A stretch of DNA of 64,000 nt from Alphaproteobacteria bacterium (GTDB lineage: Bacteria > Pseudomonadota > Alphaproteobacteria > RF32 > CAG-239): NCBI GenBank assembly GCA_016283295.1, contig JAEEMQ010000024.1, forward strand, positions 325-64,324, given 5' to 3'. A program made the position numbers and the translations under genes. Below are positions 10,000 through 13,927 of this stretch, in pieces (the first letter of the stretch is position 1; each line of letters starts with the position of its first letter). The notes under the pieces were generated by a model. The model saw only the letters and a list, made by a program, of their open reading frames with translations. It ran no database searches and had not been told where the DNA came from.

Positions 10000-10828
10000 A
10001 TAATAGAAGCCCCTGATTTGAGGGGATTGTGATACCAAGCTCAACATTGCTCTTAATAAGTCACGATAATAGAAGCCCCTGATTTGAGGGGATTGTGATA
10101 CTTTATATCCGTTATTAACAAGATAAAGAATTATAATAGAAGCCCCTGATTTGAGGGGATTGTGATACTAACGGAATCCAATTCCTTTTCCACAAGTGAT
10201 AATAGAAGCCCCTGATTTGAGGGGATTGTGATACTCAGCATAACTCCTCAATCTCTTGTTTTGTATAATAGAAGCCCCTGATTTGTGGGGATTGTGATAC
10301 AAACGTTTGTGTCGGTAGCTGTGAACGTCTATAATAGGAGCCCCTGATTTGAGGGGATTGTGATACTTCTTGAATATACTTTTTATCTTCTGTACTATAA
10401 TAGAAGCCCCTGATTTGTGGGGATTGTGATACTTGTAATACATTTCAACTTTCTTTCATGGTATAATAGAAGCCCCTGATTTGAGGGGATTGTGATACTA
10501 TCGTTATGTATTGCGTATGTGTTAGGCAATAATAGAAGCCCCTGATTTGAGGGGATTGTGATACAGATACATCGTATGAAAGCCAACACTCAAAATAATA
10601 GAAGCCCCTGATTTGAGGGGATTGAGATACGGATAGTAAAACATAAGGCCTGTCGTTCATATGATAGAAGCCCCTGATTTGAGGGGATTGTGATACTTTT
10701 ATCTGATTCATAGTCAGACCACTCGGAATAATAGAAGCCCCTGATTTGTGGGGATTGTGATACATTCTTAAGACATTTTTCAATAATCTTATTATAATAG
10801 AAGCCCCTGATTTGAGGGAATTGAGAAC
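10000..10828 (+). CRISPR. CRISPR array, leader-proximal block: 13 repeats, 12 spacers
   Basis: 36-nt repeat ATAATAGAAGCCCCTGATTTGAGGGGATTGTGATAC. Repeat starts: 10000, 10066, 10133, 10199, 10265, 10331, 10397, 10463, 10529, 10595, 10661, 10728, 10794. Spacers are 30-31 nt. Point variants occur in repeats 5, 6, 7, 10, 11 and 12. Repeat 13 is 35 nt and degenerate (..GAGGGAATTGAGAAC). Confidence 0.95.
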
Positions 10829-11010
10829 GCCCTAATGTCATCCCTCGAAGTGCGCCGCGCGTCACTTCGTCAAGGGATCTGACCTTTGCGAAGCGCAATA
10901 TTCTATGTGAATCGGAAGCAATGCTGTCGCATTGGAAGATGAGATCCTTGGACGCACGAATGCACAGTATCGTGCGAAGGATGACATCATCATTAAGGGG
11001 ATTGAGATAA
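10829..11010 (+). ncRNA. structured segment occupying the loop position of a repeat-like hairpin (possible MITE-like insertion or Cas6-processed structured RNA)
   Basis: GCCCT (10829-10833) and CATTAAGGGG (10991-11000) mimic the two arms of the repeat stem and are followed by the repeat handle ATTGAGATAA (11001-11010). Outer helix: 10830-10847 pairs with 10975-10999, with a CATCAT bulge. Inner hairpins lie at 10840-10878, 10919-10934 and 10953-10976. The strand is assumed from the array orientation. Confidence 0.45.
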
Positions 11011-11340
11011 GAACTCATCGGCAACTGTCTGTGCCTTACTATAATAGTAGCCCCACTTTTACGGGGATTGAGATACTGCGTTAGGAATTTCAAGAACAGG
11101 GCAAGTATAATAATAGCCCCGTAATTGCGGGGATTGAGATACCCAATATTTAATGACGTTTGTATAATCACCATAATAATAGCCCCGTAATTGCGGGGAT
11201 TGAGATACAAAGCAAGCGTTATAAATGAACGGTATTGTATAATATAAGCCCCCGACACAGCGGGGATTGAGACACATAGTAATATGTTGCTTGTCTTATA
11301 TACATATAATATAAGCCCTGCAGTTGCGGGGATTGAGATG
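10997..11340 (+). CRISPR. CRISPR array, distal block: one 3' half-repeat plus 5 divergent repeats, 5 spacers
   Basis: Half-repeat GGGGATTGAGATAA (10997-11010) is followed by a 30-nt spacer. Full repeats start at 11041, 11107, 11173, 11239 and 11306 (35-37 nt), all with 30-nt spacers. The conserved parts are the ATAATA 5' end and the GGGGATTGAGAYAC 3' end. Stem sequences differ but stay complementary. Confidence 0.85.
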
Positions 11341-11511
11341 TACAAAGGAAAAGAAATATATAAGATTATACAAGATAAGCAGAAGAAAGTATCCTCTAAA
11401 ACTATTTCCCTTTTTTGTCCTGGCATCAGAACAGAAATAGATGATAAGTTTATTAAAGAAGTAGAAAAAGTTCTAAAAGAATACGAAAAAAACAAAGCCG
11501 CCCAAGATTGA
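11338..11511 (+). CDS. possible 57-aa ORF starting in the last repeat (MYKGKEIYKIIQDKQKK...)
   Basis: Its ATG is formed by the last 3 nt of the terminal degenerate repeat (..GATTGAGATG). The hairpin GCCGCCCA/TGGGCGGT (11497-11527) overlaps the stop. No ribosome-binding site and no recognisable domain. Confidence 0.2.
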   Translation: MYKGKEIYKIIQDKQKKVSSKTISLFCPGIRTEIDDKFIKEVEKVLKEYEKNKAAQD

Positions 11512-11584
11512 TTTACTAATGGGCGGTTACCTAATTGACAGACACTGACTGGGGTCAAGCCCCTTCCTCAATTAACTTTATTCC

Positions 11585-11641
11585 GGAGAGCCACGCTGTA
11601 AAGTAGATAAAACTACCTTATGCTACAGACCGTGGCTCTCC
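11585..11641 (+). repeat. hairpin element H1 (GGAGAGCCACG ... CGTGGCTCTCC)
   Basis: Perfect 11-bp outer stem. Inner helices CTGTA/TACAG and AAGTAG/CTACCTT close an ATAAAA loop. A second copy lies at 11780-11831. Confidence 0.6.
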
Positions 11642-11726
11642 ATAATAACTGAAAGCGATAGAGGACTTACACACTATATCTATCTTTAAGGTTGACAGAC
11701 CGAATTCTACAACCACTTTCAGCCTA

Positions 11727-11768
11727 CCTAATCCCGACCGCATCTACGACACTTTGTCTGGGATTAGG
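11727..11768 (+). promoter_or_regulatory. 12-13-bp-arm palindrome overlapping a promoter (possible operator)
   Basis: CCTAATCCCGAC (11727-11738) pairs with GTCTGGGATTAGG (11756-11768), with one bulged base. It abuts TATAAT at 11769-11774. Confidence 0.4.
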
Positions 11769-11774
11769 TATAAT
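11746..11774 (+). promoter_or_regulatory. sigma70-like promoter firing into H2
   Basis: -35 ACGACA (11746-11751), 17-bp spacer, consensus -10 TATAAT (11769-11774). The predicted start falls at about the first G of H2 (11780). Confidence 0.45.
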
Positions 11775-11779
11775 CTGTT

Positions 11780-11831
11780 GGAGAGCCACGCCGCTTGGAG
11801 AAAACTCCCTATAACGCAGTCCGTGGCTCTC
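11780..11831 (+). repeat. hairpin element H2 (GGAGAGCCACG ... CGTGGCTCTC)
   Basis: Same outer stem as H1 (10-11 bp). The inner sequence differs, with helix GGAG/CTCC closing an AAAA loop. Confidence 0.6.
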
Positions 11832-11934
11832 AGCAGTAATTATATTATAACGCAACAAAATCAACATTCAAGAGCCAAAAACAGCAAAAGTTAACAGTAA
11901 TGCCACAATCTGACAATTCTGCAGTTTTGATAGC

Positions 11935-11963
11935 TTGCAAACAAAATTTACCGGTGCTAATAT
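11935..11963 (+). promoter_or_regulatory. sigma70-like promoter of the small-ORF operon
   Basis: TTGCAA (11935-11940), 17-bp spacer, TAATAT (11958-11963). Followed by an AGGGAGG ribosome-binding site and ATG at 11984. Confidence 0.5.
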
Positions 11964-11983
11964 TTCAATAAAGGGAGGCCAAA

Positions 11984-12130
11984 ATGGGAATTTTAGTTTT
12001 ATTGCTTATCGGTTATGTTATTTGGAAGTGTGTCAGTAGTGCCCCGGTAAGCACCGGAAGGGAAGACAGAGAATTTGAAGATATGTGCCTGTCTTTGCAA
12101 GATGTAGATGATGATTTCGATGTGTTTTAG
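11984..12130 (+). CDS. 48-aa small membrane peptide (MGILVLLLIGYVIWKCVSSAPVSTGREDREFEDMCLSLQDVDDDFDVF)
   Basis: Absent from the ORF track because it is under 60 aa. Strong ribosome-binding site AAGGGAGG 6 nt upstream. Hydrophobic N-terminal helix followed by an acidic tail. TAG at 12128-12130. Confidence 0.55.
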   Translation: MGILVLLLIGYVIWKCVSSAPVSTGREDREFEDMCLSLQDVDDDFDVF

Positions 12131-12141
12131 GAGCGTGATAA

Positions 12142-12363
12142 ATGACTTGTAAAATAATTGATGCAAAAATGCTGTTTGATGCTATTCGGAACAAAGAAGA
12201 TGAGTTCTGGAAAGCAGCAACCATTATAACAATGGATAATATTTCGACTTTTAACAAAAACAAGGTAGCAAAAACACTGATAAAATCGAAATCTGCCCAA
12301 AAATGGTACAAACTCAAATTAGTGGAATACGAATATACGCAGGACGATGATGATTTGGCATAA
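12142..12363 (+). CDS. 73-aa hypothetical protein with an acidic C-terminus
   Basis: AGGAG ribosome-binding site 8 nt upstream. Starts 11 nt after the preceding small ORF. No recognisable domain. Confidence 0.5.
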   Translation: MTCKIIDAKMLFDAIRNKEDEFWKAATIITMDNISTFNKNKVAKTLIKSKSAQKWYKLKLVEYEYTQDDDDLA

Positions 12364-12603
12364 TTTGCGAACAATCTACTTTATACAGCTTCTGATGGCA
12401 CCGCAGGCATCGTAAATTCTGACAGCGGTGCATACAAATCCCCAGACATCAATCTGTTTTTCAAAAAATTTTTTCCCGACTCATCCTGTTGAATTTAAAA
12501 GAAAAATTGCATAACTCATTGATTCTGGCTCATTTTTATTAAAAATAAAGCTTGACAAGATTCACATGATCTGTCCTGATATAGGTATGAACAGGACAAT
12601 TTT

Positions 12604-12948
12604 ATGGAGAATCTTATGGAAAACAGCCAGTTTCAGAGCATTGCCGAACAAAATGATGACTTTCGCTTGCACCCTTCAAAAGGTACGTTTTGCCTCACTT
12701 CCGGTATTCGTGCTTTGGGCAAGGATTGCGTTAGAGAAATCATCAACATAGTTCGCAATTTCAACAGCTTCAACGAAGATAATGATCCTTACGGTGAGCA
12801 TGACTTCGGTGCCTTTTATTACCGTAATCGTCAGATTTTCTTCAAAATTGATAACTACGACCGCGAGTTTCTTTACCTTTCGCCCGATGTTACCAATCCG
12901 AAGCTGACCAATAAAGTTTTAACAATTATGCTTGCACAGGAGTATTAA
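12604..12948 (+). CDS. DUF3768 family protein (plasmid/ICE-associated)
   Basis: Motifs EDNDPYGEHDFGAF, FFKIDNYD and the C-terminal VLTIMLAQEY are characteristic of DUF3768. TTGACA lies upstream at about 12553. Confidence 0.75.
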   Translation: MENLMENSQFQSIAEQNDDFRLHPSKGTFCLTSGIRALGKDCVREIINIVRNFNSFNEDNDPYGEHDFGAFYYRNRQIFFKIDNYDREFLYLSPDVTNPKLTNKVLTIMLAQEY

Positions 12949-12950
12949 AA

Positions 12951-13130
12951 ATGGAATACGATGTTATATCAACACCTGATTTAGAGGAACTTTGCCTTTG
13001 GGTAAACGAAAAACTGCGTCAAGGTTGGCGTTTGCAGGGCGGTATTGCTACGGTGGTTCTGCCGAAAAGATATACGGTTTTTTACCAAGCGATTGCCCGA
13101 GAAAGAAAAAAGAGAGTTTCACAAAATTAA
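12951..13130 (+). CDS. DUF1737-like small protein (59 aa)
   Basis: Not in the track. ATG lies 2 nt after the DUF3768 stop. Sequence MEYDVISTPDLEELCLWVNEKLRQGWRLQGGIA... carries the GW-x-x-GG signature. Confidence 0.5.
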   Translation: MEYDVISTPDLEELCLWVNEKLRQGWRLQGGIATVVLPKRYTVFYQAIARERKKRVSQN

Positions 13131-13162
13131 TTATTATGTTTCTTTCGTAAAAATCCAAATGT

Positions 13163-13190
13163 GCCGCAGGTCTCAACGCCTGCGGCTTTA
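13163..13190 (+). terminator. hairpin terminator after the DUF3768-DUF1737 pair
   Basis: GCCGCAGG (13163-13170) pairs with CCTGCGGC (13179-13186), followed by TTTAT. Confidence 0.5.
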
Positions 13191-13202
13191 TAGGAGAAAA
13201 CC

Positions 13203-13787
13203 ATGACTAACAGTGAATTTGTAGATGACAAGAAAATTAAGGACATTATGCTCTATATTAAGTCAATGAAACACGCCGAGCAAATCCGGATGATGTTTAT
13301 GTGCAGCTTGAACGGGCTTCGCTCCATAAATTTTGCATATTTGCAGGTCAAGGACTGCTATACAGACCAGCTGAAACCCAAAGATGTGATCAATCTTGAT
13401 TACGATAAAAACAAGGGCAAGCATAAATGCTCATACTTTATGAATAGCCAGATGAAGAAGGAATTTGCGGACTATTTGAACTATTTGCAACAAAAATGGG
13501 GTGAAGACCTTTCGCCGGAAACATACTTGTTTACGTCGCAGAAACGGAACCGACCGTATAATCGCGTAAGCATCAGTCGGATGTTTGGCTTCATTTATAA
13601 CAAATTCGGCATAAAGGGAGCCAGTCATTTGGGAAGGCATCTATTTGTTTCAAAACTGGTTAATGCTGGTGTAAATATCTGTTTGGTACAAAAATTAGCT
13701 AATCATCGCAATATAGCAACAACCCAAAAGTATTTTATTTATTCCGAGAAAATGCTGGCTAATGCCGTAGAAAACGTGAGGGTGTGA
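13203..13787 (+). CDS. small (194-aa) tyrosine site-specific recombinase, catalytic domain only (FimB/FimE-sized)
   Basis: Catalytic signature in order: GLRSINF (Arg), ASHLGRHLF (H-x-x-R), LANHRNIATTQKYF (His ... Tyr). No N-terminal SAM-like DNA-binding domain. AGGAGAA ribosome-binding site. Confidence 0.8.
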   Translation: MTNSEFVDDKKIKDIMLYIKSMKHAEQIRMMFMCSLNGLRSINFAYLQVKDCYTDQLKPKDVINLDYDKNKGKHKCSYFMNSQMKKEFADYLNYLQQKWGEDLSPETYLFTSQKRNRPYNRVSISRMFGFIYNKFGIKGASHLGRHLFVSKLVNAGVNICLVQKLANHRNIATTQKYFIYSEKMLANAVENVRV

Positions 13788-13927
13788 CGGGATTGACTGT
13801 ATGAACTATAAATAGCATGTCGTAATAGTGATCTAATTTATAATTTTGCTTGAATTTTGCCCAATTTGGAATTTATAATCATTTTACAAATAACATAAAG
13901 ATTATATTACCAATCTGATTAATCCAA

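Noticed and set aside
10036-11305. Self-targeting by any of the 17 spacers against this window
   Set aside because: Reading by eye, I saw no match to other parts of the window. This is not an exhaustive alignment and should be redone computationally.
10168-11558. Long minus-strand ORFs across the CRISPR arrays (10168..10443, 10395..10589, 10445..10783, 10590..11558, 11059..11277) with recurring SQSPQIRGFYY / ITIPSNQGLLL peptides
   Set aside because: Repeat plus spacer is 66 nt, or 22 codons. The stop-free reading of the repeat is therefore carried in frame from unit to unit, and the periodic peptides are just translated repeats.
11585-11831. H1/H2 hairpins considered as tracrRNA-like anti-repeats or integron attC sites
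   Set aside because: Beyond 6-7 nt they show no complementarity to the CRISPR repeat. They lack RYYYAAC / GTTRRRY core sites, and no IntI-type integrase is present. Type III systems do not use a tracrRNA.
12566-12751. 61-aa ORF overlapping the start of the DUF3768 gene in another frame
   Set aside because: The DUF3768 frame carries diagnostic motifs. The overlapping frame has none.
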